Shown here: in pieces, positions 1 to 8,752 of the stretch
How the letters are laid out: each line of letters starts with the position of its first letter
How positions within the stretch are numbered: the stretch's first letter is position 1
Assembly (NCBI GenBank): GCA_026932235.1
Contig: JAIXKR010000162.1
Location: forward strand, 115,356-179,355
Direction of reading: 5' to 3'
Source of the DNA: Burkholderiales bacterium
GTDB taxonomy: Bacteria > Pseudomonadota > Gammaproteobacteria > Burkholderiales > Burkholderiaceae_C
Length of the DNA stretch: 64,000 nucleotides
Notes under the pieces: generated by a model
Seen by the model: only the letters and a program-made list of their open reading frames with translations
The model's database searches: none
What the model was told of the DNA's origin: nothing
Made by a program: the position numbers and the translations under genes

Positions 1-678
1 CTTCAGGTGAGCCTCGTACTTCCGGTACTGCGGTTCGAGCCGCAGGTAGTCGTCGACCCATCCGCGCTCGATGGCGGTCAGCACGCGCCCCTTGAGCGAC
101 TCCTCGTAGAGGTAGGGATTCGGACGGCCGCAACGGTAGAGGGCGGCCAGCAGGAAGTGCCCCTGCGGATTCGGCGGCCCGGCCGCCTGCTCGAGACTGC
201 TCAGCAGCATCGGCGAGCCCATGAGCCGCTCGCGGGCGGGGCCGGAGGGAGGCGGCGCAGCCCTGGGCGGTTCGTCGTCCCATCCCTCGGCGTCATCGTC
301 GATACCGTCGTTGTCGTCGTCGAGATCGTCACGGTCAGCTACCCGCGCCGTCGGCAACAGTGCGGCTCGCAGGTCGGCCAACGAGACCGCCGAGATGCGG
401 TGTTCGGCCATGAAGGCCTGGAGGGTCGTCGCAACGGTACTGGCGACCTGCTGTTCGTAGCCAAGCTGGACGGCGCGACCGATCAGGTCGGGCAACCCGC
501 CTGTCGGCGTCGCCCCGACGCCCGAATCGGCCAATACGGAGTCGCTGAGGAACGCAGCCCAGGAACGATGCCCGAACGCGGCGGCGAGGAGTTCATGCAC
601 GTGGCTGCGCCTGACGGGACAGCCTGCACGCGTGTGGAGGGTCTGCTGCGCAAGGTGCGCGAGCTCTTTCAAGGTCAT
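1..678 (-). CDS. Hypothetical protein with possible Sel1-like helical repeat; runs off the window start (3' truncated)
   Basis: Not in the ORF track because no stop lies in the window. ATG at 678 with GAAGGA RBS. Open frame MTLKELAHLAQQ...SHVHELLAAAFGHRSWAAF...LEQAAGPPNPQGHFLLAALY...YRKYEAHLK with GC3-rich codons. Confidence 0.7.
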   Translation of the reverse strand, partial: MTLKELAHLAQQTLHTRAGCPVRRSHVHELLAAAFGHRSWAAFLSDSVLADSGVGATPTGGLPDLIGRAVQLGYEQQVASTVATTLQAFMAEHRISAVSLADLRAALLPTARVADRDDLDDDNDGIDDDAEGWDDEPPRAAPPPSGPARERLMGSPMLLSSLEQAAGPPNPQGHFLLAALYRCGRPNPYLYEESLKGRVLTAIERGWVDDYLRLEPQYRKYEAHLK

Positions 679-885
679 GAGTCTTCCTTCAGTGTAGCTC
701 GCCGAATCGGGTCAGACGCACGCGTTTAAGTCCCCGATGACGAGGCCTTGAAGGGAGATCGATGACGATGAAAGGGAGTGCCTTTTTCTACTCGCGTGCA
801 AGTACGGCGGGCGCCTTGCCAGGGATTCTAGGCATCCCGCCCGGACCATCCAAGCATCCTCCTCCGCGCTCCGCGCCACCAGCCC

Positions 886-923
886 TTGAAAGTTGTCAGA
901 AATAGACTCATACTTCTGACAAC
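886..923 (+). promoter_or_regulatory. Sigma70 promoter overlapped by an inverted-repeat operator (probable antitoxin autoregulation)
   Basis: TTGAAA (886-891), 17 bp, CATACT (909-914). Perfect IR GTTGTCAGAA (892-901) / TTCTGACAAC (914-923) directly upstream of the TA operon. Confidence 0.7.
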
Positions 924-935
924 CAAGGAATCACC

Positions 936-1532
936 GTGTCCAACCTCGCCCAGCAAGTCCTCGCGCACGCCGCCTCGATGCCGGAAGGCGCCAGCCTGTC
1001 CGCCAAGGCCCTGCTGCACCTGGGCAACCGGGCTGCGGTGGATCAGGCGCTGTCGCGCCTGGCGCGCAGCGGCGAACTGCTGCGCGCGGGGCGGGGCGTC
1101 TACGTCCTGCCGGTGAGGGGCAAGTTCGGCGCACGGGCACCGGAAGTCGCGAAGGTAGTCCAGGCGTGGGCCAGCCAGCGCGGCGAAACCGTCGTCGGCA
1201 ACGGCGCGGCTGCAGCGAATGCGCTGGGTCTGACGACTCAGGTGCCGGTGCGCCAGGTCTTCCTGACCTCGGGCCGCAGCCGCAAGCTCAAGCTCGGGGC
1301 CCAGACGGTCGAGTTGAAGCATGCCCCGCCGTGGCAACTGCTCTATCCAGGGCAGGCCGCGGGCGAAGTCATCCGCTCGCTGGCCTGGGTAGGGCCGTCG
1401 GGATCCGAAGCGGCGCTCGGTCAGCTCAGGCAAAGGCTGCCGTCGTCGGAACTGCTGGCCGTCACCAACGCACGCGCGCGCCTGCCAACGTGGCTTGCGA
1501 GCCAGGTCAGCAGCCTGGTGACCCGTGCCTGA
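936..1532 (+). CDS. Type IV TA antitoxin, AbiEi/DUF6088-like winged-helix regulator
   Basis: AVDQALSRL...GELLRAGRGVY winged helix and AANALGLTTQVP motif; overlaps the start of the toxin gene. Confidence 0.85.
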   Translation: MSNLAQQVLAHAASMPEGASLSAKALLHLGNRAAVDQALSRLARSGELLRAGRGVYVLPVRGKFGARAPEVAKVVQAWASQRGETVVGNGAAAANALGLTTQVPVRQVFLTSGRSRKLKLGAQTVELKHAPPWQLLYPGQAAGEVIRSLAWVGPSGSEAALGQLRQRLPSSELLAVTNARARLPTWLASQVSSLVTRA

Positions 1533-2550
1533 ATACTTCGCCCTGCCACGCGAGGATCAGCGCGAGGCGCTGCTTGTGGCTGCAGAGCGTTCGGGCCGTC
1601 CCCTGCACTTGCTCGAGAAGGACCTGTGGGTCGTCTGGGCCCTGCACCACCTCTTCACCGGACCGCACGCACCGCACCTGGTCTTCAAGGGCGGTACATC
1701 GCTCTCCAAGGCCTACGGCGTGATCAAGCGCTTCTCGGAAGATGTGGACCTCACCTACGACATTCGTGCCATCGCTCCGGACCTGATCGAGAAGGCGGAC
1801 TCCCCCTGGCCAACGTCACGGAGCCAGGAGAAGAAGTGGACCAAGGCGATCCGGCAGCGCCTTGCCGAACTCGTCAGCAGCAAGCTGGCGCCTGATCTTT
1901 CCAAGGCACTCGCCGAGCAGGGGCTACCGGCGAAGGCCCGCGCAGAAGGCGAGCAGATCTTCATCGACTACGAGGCCTTCGGCGAAGGCAAGGGCTATGT
2001 CCGGCCCTCGGTCCTGCTGGAATTCGGCGCGCGATCGACGGGCGAGCCCAACGAGCCGCGATCGGTCGCGTGCGACGCCGCGCTGCACCTGGCGGAAGTG
2101 AGTTTTCCGTCGGCCATGCCCCAGGTCATGCGCCCAGAGCGCACGTTCTGGGAGAAGGCCACGGCCATCCATGTCTTCTGCGCCCAAGGCAGCTTCCGAG
2201 GCGGTGACCGCTACGCGCGCCACTGGCACGACATGACGCGGCTCGACGATGCCGGCTTCGCCGACAGCGCCGCGAAAGACCGCGCGCTGGCGCTCGCCGT
2301 CGCAGAGCACAAGAGCATCTTCTTCGCCGAATCGATGCCAGACGGTGCGCCCGTCGACTACCGCGCAGCGGTCACCGGCGCCCTGGATCTGGCACCGAGC
2401 GGCGACGCGAAGAAGATACTGGCCGAGGACTACCAGCGCATGGTCGAGGACGGCCTGCTCTTGGACGACGCCGAACCCTTCGACGCCCTGCTGCAGCGTT
2501 GCCATGAGCTTGCGCTCAAGGTGAACGCGGCGGCGCTGGGGGCCGCATGA
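1525..2550 (+). CDS. AbiEii/AbiGii-family nucleotidyltransferase toxin
   Basis: EKD, FKGGTSLSKAY, RFSEDVD, ERTFWEK and RHWHD motifs. Confidence 0.9.
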   Translation: MPEYFALPREDQREALLVAAERSGRPLHLLEKDLWVVWALHHLFTGPHAPHLVFKGGTSLSKAYGVIKRFSEDVDLTYDIRAIAPDLIEKADSPWPTSRSQEKKWTKAIRQRLAELVSSKLAPDLSKALAEQGLPAKARAEGEQIFIDYEAFGEGKGYVRPSVLLEFGARSTGEPNEPRSVACDAALHLAEVSFPSAMPQVMRPERTFWEKATAIHVFCAQGSFRGGDRYARHWHDMTRLDDAGFADSAAKDRALALAVAEHKSIFFAESMPDGAPVDYRAAVTGALDLAPSGDAKKILAEDYQRMVEDGLLLDDAEPFDALLQRCHELALKVNAAALGAA

Positions 2551-2865
2551 CGCTCTGCCCCAGCATCCAAGAACGCGTGCCGACGACCGCTTGTAGGATG
2601 GCGACAACACATTGCCGCCCAGCGCCATCGCCTGGGCTCGCAGCGGAAAAATGCGGAGGTATGCGTGGGGGGTACCGACCAGACCGCACGAAACAAGATC
2701 CAATAAGAACCGCCACTTAGGACTTCAGTGAAGCTCGCCACCTGCGAGTGCGATTGCAGTCCCATGCAAGTTCAACGAGGATCAAGCCCGGCGCGCAACT
2801 CGTTGATGCGCTTGGGATTCTGGTTCACTGCGGTCCATACGGTGTCACGCCGCCAATGTCGAAAT

Positions 2866-2911
2866 GGGTAGCCAAGTGGGTAGCTAGCGGGTAGCTAGCC
2901 GGGTAGCTAGC
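2866..2911 (+). repeat. Four direct repeats GGGTAGC(TAGC), probable integrase arm-type sites (attL region)
   Basis: GGGTAGC at 2866, 2878, 2889 and 2901 (11-12 bp spacing) immediately upstream of the integrase; IHF-like site near 2797-2809. Confidence 0.7.
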
Positions 2912-2941
2912 AACCTATATTGAGGCGGACATCAACAGGCC

Positions 2942-4213
2942 TTGGAGGCCCTTGAAGTGCGTCAGCGCAACCTTCTTGACGACGTCCAGATCCGCCACTG
3001 GATTGCAAAGGGCGAGCCCGTTGCAAGGTCCGATGGCGACGGTCTGACCTTCACCCTGTCCAAGGCAGGAACCGCGGCATGGGTGTTTCGCTACCGGAAC
3101 GCCGGGACCCGACGCAAGGAGGTCACGCTGGGCAACTACCCAGACCTCACGCTTGCCGCGGCCCGGAAGCTCGCTCGTGAACGCCGCGTTGACATCGACA
3201 AAGGGCGCGACCCGGCAGCGGACAAGAAGTTGGAGAGGATACGAGCCCAGCAGGCCTGGACCGTGCGCACGCTCGCCGAGGACTACAAGACCAAGAAGCT
3301 GACAACACCGCCGCTCGCAGAGGGAACCGTGTACTACCGTCGATGGGACATCGACAAAGTCATCGTCCCGAAGCTCGGCTCCCTCGAAGTTAGGCAGATC
3401 GTGCCGGCGGACATCGTTCACATCCTGGAGAGCAGCAAGCGCTCGTGGACGATCTGCAAGCGAATCCTGACCTCGGCCAAACAGCTCTTTGGACATGCGT
3501 GCGGCAAAAGGCTCATCGACTACAACCCCTGTGCCGGCATCGAACTCGTTGCGCTCATGGGCGCTCGGCCTCCCGTGCGCAAAAGGGTCATGCTGACTGA
3601 AGACGAGCTTCGGACGTTGCTCAAGGACGTGGACGACATCGGGCTGGCAAACGCGCTTGCGCTTCGCATCCTGCTTGCGACCTGTGTTCGATCCATCGAG
3701 TTGACGAAGGCGCGCTGGGAGCACATCGACCTGGACCGAGGTACCTGGTGGGTGCCGGAAGAATCCGTGAAGACACGGGTCGGTTTCCTGGTCCCGCTCA
3801 CGCCGACGGTCGTGACCTGGTTCCAGCGCTTGCGTGAGTTGGCGGGCAATTCGACGTGGGTATTGCCGGCACGAACGGCTCGCCGCGTCCGCCGCCAGGG
3901 CGACACCCATGTGGGCAAGACGACCCTGTGGGCGGCCATCACTCGAGCATTCGAGCAAGGCCTGATCGATGTCAGGCGGTTCACACCGCACGACACACGC
4001 AGCACCGCCAAGGGGCACATGCGAAACATGGGTGTCGCCAACGAGATCACCGAGCTGGCGCTGAACCACGCCCTCAAGGGAATGGAGGCCATCTATGACG
4101 TGCGTGAAGAGATCCCCGAGCGACGCGCGGCGTTGGAACTCTGGGCCGCCTTCATTTCCGCTTGTGAGGCCGGTACCCCTTGGAACGTAGCACCGCTGCG
4201 TCGCGCAGCTTGA
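2942..4213 (+). CDS. P4-like tyrosine integrase with arm-binding domain
   Basis: DGDGL...WVFRYR...LGNYPDLTLAAAR arm domain; catalytic R (VRSIE), K, HDTR, LNH and Y. Confidence 0.93.
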   Translation: MEALEVRQRNLLDDVQIRHWIAKGEPVARSDGDGLTFTLSKAGTAAWVFRYRNAGTRRKEVTLGNYPDLTLAAARKLARERRVDIDKGRDPAADKKLERIRAQQAWTVRTLAEDYKTKKLTTPPLAEGTVYYRRWDIDKVIVPKLGSLEVRQIVPADIVHILESSKRSWTICKRILTSAKQLFGHACGKRLIDYNPCAGIELVALMGARPPVRKRVMLTEDELRTLLKDVDDIGLANALALRILLATCVRSIELTKARWEHIDLDRGTWWVPEESVKTRVGFLVPLTPTVVTWFQRLRELAGNSTWVLPARTARRVRRQGDTHVGKTTLWAAITRAFEQGLIDVRRFTPHDTRSTAKGHMRNMGVANEITELALNHALKGMEAIYDVREEIPERRAALELWAAFISACEAGTPWNVAPLRRAA

Positions 4214-4248
4214 AACATGCGCCTTTCACGTTCGGCCAAGCACGCAGG

Positions 4249-4788
4249 TCAGTTGTTCATGTGGCACCGTGCGCGGTGGCCGCACGATGCGCACACCCGG
4301 TTCGTTGCCGGATAGTGAGGCGACTCCGTGCCCGCCAGAAGTGCTTCGCGTCGCAAGGCAAGGTCCCGAACGGCATGCGGCGACATCAGCCTGACGCTAT
4401 GCGCCCTGCGTCCGACTGCCGACTCCACGACAACCCACGCGATGCGAGCCACCGGCTCCCCCGTCTCTCCCGCCAGCGCAACGCGCTGCGCCGACAGTTC
4501 CATGATGTCCGAAGGATGAACCCTGTCGGCTTGTCGCGTCTTGAGTTCGACCAGGACGATCAGCCCGCTCGGCGCACGGTAGGCGCGATCGACGCGGGCA
4601 ATCACCGGCCTATCGTCACCCGACCTGAATGTCTGCTCCGAGTAGGCGAGCGTGTGATCCTTCAACGCCTCGGGCATCCATCGATCCAACTTCAACGAGT
4701 GCCTGCGAACTAGGCGTACCGCAGACCAGACCGCCGCCACGCAGGCAACGCAACCGACAAGAAGCAGCCAGAGCTCAGCCGCTGGCAC
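4249..4788 (-). CDS. PD-(D/E)XK Cas4-like nuclease, C-terminal part, with N-terminal membrane anchor
   Basis: GTG start after AGGAGAG; hydrophobic ELWLLLVGCVACVAAVWSAV; ARVD...LVELK nuclease core; C-terminal C-x2-C-x5-C (CASCGHRARC). Confidence 0.75.
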   Translation of the reverse strand: MPAAELWLLLVGCVACVAAVWSAVRLVRRHSLKLDRWMPEALKDHTLAYSEQTFRSGDDRPVIARVDRAYRAPSGLIVLVELKTRQADRVHPSDIMELSAQRVALAGETGEPVARIAWVVVESAVGRRAHSVRLMSPHAVRDLALRREALLAGTESPHYPATNRVCASCGHRARCHMNN

Positions 4789-5230
4789 GGCTTCTCTCCT
4801 GATCGGCGAGCAGAGTGGTGGCAAGCCAAACCAACGGCTTGATCACCACCCTCACCGCGGACCGCGTCATCGGCCAGCGCTCCATCGCCCGGCACACGGT
4901 CGGCGCCAGCCGGTAGTACGCGAGGATCAGGCGCCGTCCTGCACGTGTGGGTCGAAGGACACGATCGCGAAGGCGCCGCAGGGCTTCAGTCTCCGACCCC
5001 TCACCGAAGACGTAAGTAGCAATGAAGCAGCGCCCTCTACGCGCTGCTTCCGACGCACCTTCGGACGCGAACTGCCGATGCGCCCGAAGCCCGCGCTGCA
5101 GTGCCGCCTTCTGCGCGGGCGTCGGCCGCTTTCCCTCGTGATGTTCGAACACGACCAGCCGCTCGCAGACCCCCATCTGCGCCAACGCCGAAGCGCTGAC
5201 CGCGTCTTTCGCCTTGCGTCGGCGTGCCAT
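4775..5230 (-). CDS. Cas4-like N-terminal segment fused to a CFI-box-CTERM domain
   Basis: VSASALAQMGVCERL...RGLRAH (Cas4/AddB N-terminal helix plus first Fe-S Cys), then RCFIATYVFG...LRRLRDRVL...GRRLILAYYRLAP. TGATG coupling with the upstream gene. Confidence 0.7.
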   Translation of the reverse strand: MARRRKAKDAVSASALAQMGVCERLVVFEHHEGKRPTPAQKAALQRGLRAHRQFASEGASEAARRGRCFIATYVFGEGSETEALRRLRDRVLRPTRAGRRLILAYYRLAPTVCRAMERWPMTRSAVRVVIKPLVWLATTLLADQERSRASG

Positions 5231-5529
5231 CAATCCTCCGCACCGCCGCTGATCTCGAACGCCTGGCTGGTCTGGCGCGCCACGGCCAGGTCCACGCCGG
5301 CCTGCGGTGCTTTCGGCGCGGCTACCGGCGGCATTGGCACCTGAACGGTCATGCCAAGATTCCACTGCTGCGCCAGCAGGCCTTCATGGGCGAGGAACCG
5401 CAGCCGGTTGACGCGCTTGGGCCCTTTGTTGAACCGCATCAGGTCATCGAACAGCCGTGGGTTGTCGTCACGCGACAACTCGAAGAGCAGCCTCACGCTG
5501 TGATCCACCTTCGTGTCGACGACGCTCAT
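5230..5529 (-). CDS. Small protein coupled to ParM; probable ParR-like DNA-binding adaptor
   Basis: ATGA overlap with the ParM stop; MSVVDTKVDHSVRLLFELSRDDNPRLFDDL...RVNRLRFLAHEGL; 99 aa. Confidence 0.65.
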   Translation of the reverse strand: MSVVDTKVDHSVRLLFELSRDDNPRLFDDLMRFNKGPKRVNRLRFLAHEGLLAQQWNLGMTVQVPMPPVAAPKAPQAGVDLAVARQTSQAFEISGGAED

Positions 5530-6560
5530 GCCCTGCCCCCTTCCGCCACCACAACGCCCGTGCCCTGCGTGGCCGCAGCCACATAGTTGGAACCGGCGAT
5601 CTGATAGCCGCGCACGTTCGCGAACATCGGCTCCTTGACCTCCAGCACCTCGTGCGTGGCGAACGCCTGCTTGACCGCCTTGCGGAACAGGAACGCACCG
5701 CCGCCGACAAGGATCACGTTGCGCACGTCGTAGGCCGGGCCGATGCGCCGCATCATGGCCGCGACGGCCTGGCGGGCGATGCTTTCGACCATCGGCCTCA
5801 TACGCGAAAGCTGATAGGTCTTCTGGTACACGGTCAACGCCTTGCCGGTCCGCAGCGCATGGTCGATGCTGTCCAGGCCGGTGTAGGTGGATCCGATCTC
5901 CACGCTGACGTCGTCCGCGATGAGGTTCAGGATGTCGCCCACCCCGCGGTCGACCGAGTGGCTGCGCTTGTGCGACAACTTCATGCCACGCGCCACCAGC
6001 CAGTCGAAGGTGCGAGAGCCGGGGTCGATCACCAGGCTCTGCTCGTCCTGCATGGCGAGCACGCGGTCGTGCTGGTCCGCATAGTCGATCAGTGCGCCGT
6101 GCGGCTGGGCCATGGCCAGCGCCTTGCGCACGTGGACCGACTTGCCGCCTCCCACGTCGTGCCGGCCCGTCATCAGCTTTTCGAGCGCGGCCTTGTCGGC
6201 GGCGAACGTCGCGACCGGCAGGCCGACCACGAGCAGGTCGATGTTTTCCACCTTCATCGAGCGCATGGCGCCGCGCGCCAGCGCCAGGTACTCGGGCGTG
6301 TCGATATAGCGGTGGTGGATCTGCGTCGCGCGGAATCCGTCGCCCGCGAGCGCCACGTCCGGGCCGACCTCGTAGAAGACGCCCTTGATGGGAATCGCGA
6401 ACGTCCGCCGGCGTTCCGCGCCCAGGGATGCCGATGGGTCGCGCGTGCTCAGGCAGGCCAAGGACGGGAAGCTGGCGCAGCGGATGTCCGCGGCCGTCCC
6501 GCCTGTCGTGAACTTGGTGTAACCGAACCCGACGTCGATGGCTCTGACGACTGCTGTCAT
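5526..6560 (-). CDS. ParM/StbA-like actin ATPase, PRTRC system protein D type
   Basis: VRAIDVGFGYTK, LVVGLP, QPHGAL, IDPGSRTFD, LVGGGA and FANVRGYQ motifs; GGAGG RBS before ATG 6560. Confidence 0.9.
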   Translation of the reverse strand: MTAVVRAIDVGFGYTKFTTGGTAADIRCASFPSLACLSTRDPSASLGAERRRTFAIPIKGVFYEVGPDVALAGDGFRATQIHHRYIDTPEYLALARGAMRSMKVENIDLLVVGLPVATFAADKAALEKLMTGRHDVGGGKSVHVRKALAMAQPHGALIDYADQHDRVLAMQDEQSLVIDPGSRTFDWLVARGMKLSHKRSHSVDRGVGDILNLIADDVSVEIGSTYTGLDSIDHALRTGKALTVYQKTYQLSRMRPMVESIARQAVAAMMRRIGPAYDVRNVILVGGGAFLFRKAVKQAFATHEVLEVKEPMFANVRGYQIAGSNYVAAATQGTGVVVAEGGRA

Positions 6561-7020
6561 GGTGTTCCTCCAACAGACCAGTGAAGACCGCCCAGCATCG
6601 GACGGCCGATGGCTCACTCCTACGCGGAAGACCGTCGAAGCTGCCGCGCTATCGCGATCAGGTCGCTCGCGACCAAGACCGCGGTGGGACGCGGCTCTCG
6701 CTGCACTCACACTTCGCCGCAGCCACAACCGCGCTTCCGCAAGTCGCTCCACGGTCGCACTCGTCTCGGTCTCGTCAAGTACCGCAGTCGCGCCTATGCC
6801 CCGCCAGACCGACCTTTCCGGGTCCGTCGGACACTGAGGTAGGAAGAAGGCCTGTCAACCCCTCTCGCGCCCGAAGCCGACCTCGATCACGGCGCGCTAA
6901 TCGGCACATTTCGAGCTTGAGGTGCGCGTCGCGCTGGCACATGATTGCGGTGCGTCAAGCCGGTAGCTTCCGTACCGGGCGCAGCACACAGTGGCAGCGT
7001 CGAAGGAAGCCCCATCAGTC

Positions 7021-7560
7021 CGGTGACCTCGGTCGCCGAGGGCCTGGAGCCCCGGATCCACGCGGACCCGATCCGCCACGTTCACCCACCAGCCGCCATG
7101 GCCCGCGAGGCCGTGGATTGCGGCGTGCCCACGGGCACCCGCCTCTCTTCCCCTGACGTTCCAGCATCACGCGCCGCGGCCGCCTCGAGCGACCGCGACC
7201 CACGGCCCACCGGCTCGACCGGTACCCGTGGGACCTGCGTGAACGGACCGCCCACCGCGTTGGCTGCGGTGGTGCCTTTCGGTCCGGTCGAAACGTCCGC
7301 GTGCGGCCCCTCGATGGGCCGACGTACGGGTGACGCCCGCACACCATGCCGCGCCCGCCCTCGGCTCATGCCGAGCTGGCGTCGCGGTCCGCCCCGAGCG
7401 GACAGCCACGCGTGTACGCACCGTGTGCAAGGCGATCACTTTTACGAAGGCCTGGACGGCGCTGCCGTCCGAAGCCTGGGCAACCGCGCGTGGGGACGCG
7501 CAACGACTCGATGCCTGGCCCGGCACCTGTCGGTCTCTCAGCGGGCCTAGCCATTTCGAT
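7021..7560 (+). ncRNA. Candidate large structured non-coding element (RNA or ssDNA/oriT) upstream of a tyrosine recombinase
   Basis: About ten hairpins plus nested long-range stems (7059-7067 with 7295-7303; 7079-7085 with 7239-7245) and no credible ORF. Strand assumed from the downstream gene. Confidence 0.5.
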
Positions 7561-7582
7561 TCACCGGCACCCGGAGGTCGCC

Positions 7583-8740
7583 ATGTCCCGAACTGATCCA
7601 CTCACCGTCGATCTCGACACCCTGCCGCTGCAGCCGCAGCGGTGCATGCACGTTCTGGCGCTGATCCTGCGCCGGCACAACTGGCAGCACGCGGTCAAGG
7701 CGAAGAACATCGGCTATCGCACCGCGCAGTCTCGCAGCCGGCTTTGCGTGTGGGTGTTCCGGTTTCTGCACCACAACCCCGTCAAGGCCTTCAAGCTCGA
7801 CCCGCGCTCGTTCAGCGGTCGCCATGCCGACTTCGTACTGGCGCACTGGTGCGCCGAAGCCAAGGCCGGCCGCTTGGCGCCGGGCACCATCCCGACCTAC
7901 TACTCGCACCTGAAGACCTTCACCCGCTGGATCGGCAAGCCAAAGCTGCTCAAACCCATCCGGGCCTACTTCGACGACCCCGCGCTGTACCGGCGCAGCG
8001 GCATCACGACGAACGACAAGTCGTGGCGCGCGCTGGGCATCGACGTCGCGTCGGTGATCCGCGATGTCGAAGACTACGACGTGCACGCAGCGGCCAGCCT
8101 CTGGTTGATGCTTGCCTTCGGGCTGCGGTTCAAGGAGAGCCTGATGCTGCGCCCGCACGTCGACGTGGCGACCGCGCGCCAGGCCAAAGGCGATTCAGGA
8201 GCGGATGGGGAGGACGGGAACGGGGTGGTCCAGTACCTGGACACCCACCGCGGCACGAAGGGCGGGCGGCAGCGCTACGTGCCCATCGATGACGCCTTGT
8301 GCCGTCATGCCATCACCTACGCGTGCCACGTCGCCAAGGGCACGCAGGGCAGCATCGGCGATCCGAACCTGACGCTGGTCCAGGCGCTGCGGCGGTTGCG
8401 CTACGTGATGGAGCGCTTCGGCATCACGAAGCGCGATCTGCGCGTGGTTCCGCATGGCCTGCGGCATCAGTTCGCGGCCAGCCGCTACACCGAACTGACT
8501 GGCTCGCTGCCCCCGGTGGCCGGCGGCCAGGGAGTCGCGGCGGACGCCGACAGTGCCGCGCGGCAACACGTGTCCGCCCTGCTCGGCCATGGCAGGCCGC
8601 AGATCACGAACGCCTATTTAGGTCAGCTCGCCGTTATGCGCAGCAAACCCCCAGCCGGCTCGCCGGCCGAATTGCCCGCGCCCGCGACCACCGTGACGGA
8701 CGTCCCGCCGGCGACCGACCCCTCCACTTCCACTCTTTGA
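7583..8740 (+). CDS. Tyrosine recombinase-like protein (Integrase_1 type, no arm domain)
   Basis: GGAGG RBS; FGLRFKE, TKGGRQRYVPI, PHGLRHQFA, LLGHGR and AYLG catalytic set. Confidence 0.85.
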   Translation: MSRTDPLTVDLDTLPLQPQRCMHVLALILRRHNWQHAVKAKNIGYRTAQSRSRLCVWVFRFLHHNPVKAFKLDPRSFSGRHADFVLAHWCAEAKAGRLAPGTIPTYYSHLKTFTRWIGKPKLLKPIRAYFDDPALYRRSGITTNDKSWRALGIDVASVIRDVEDYDVHAAASLWLMLAFGLRFKESLMLRPHVDVATARQAKGDSGADGEDGNGVVQYLDTHRGTKGGRQRYVPIDDALCRHAITYACHVAKGTQGSIGDPNLTLVQALRRLRYVMERFGITKRDLRVVPHGLRHQFAASRYTELTGSLPPVAGGQGVAADADSAARQHVSALLGHGRPQITNAYLGQLAVMRSKPPAGSPAELPAPATTVTDVPPATDPSTSTL

Positions 8741-8752
8741 CTCGGGGACACC

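Noticed and set aside
7-729. 240-aa plus-strand ORF
   Set aside because: Antisense shadow of the minus-strand gene 1-678, which has an RBS and protein-like sequence.
2700-2800. tRNA or tmRNA integration target
   Set aside because: No cloverleaf or T-loop consensus is recognisable.
2866-2911. GGGTAGC repeats as a CRISPR array or iterons
   Set aside because: Units are only 11-12 bp with no spacers, and no Rep gene is present; their position fits integrase arm sites.
5230-6560. Complete PRTRC system
   Set aside because: Only the protein D-like gene is present; no ThiF or proteins A, B, C, E or F were recognised.
4249-7560. CRISPR-Cas locus suggested by the Cas4-like genes
   Set aside because: No repeat-spacer array, cas1 or cas2 was found in the adjacent non-coding DNA or elsewhere in the window.
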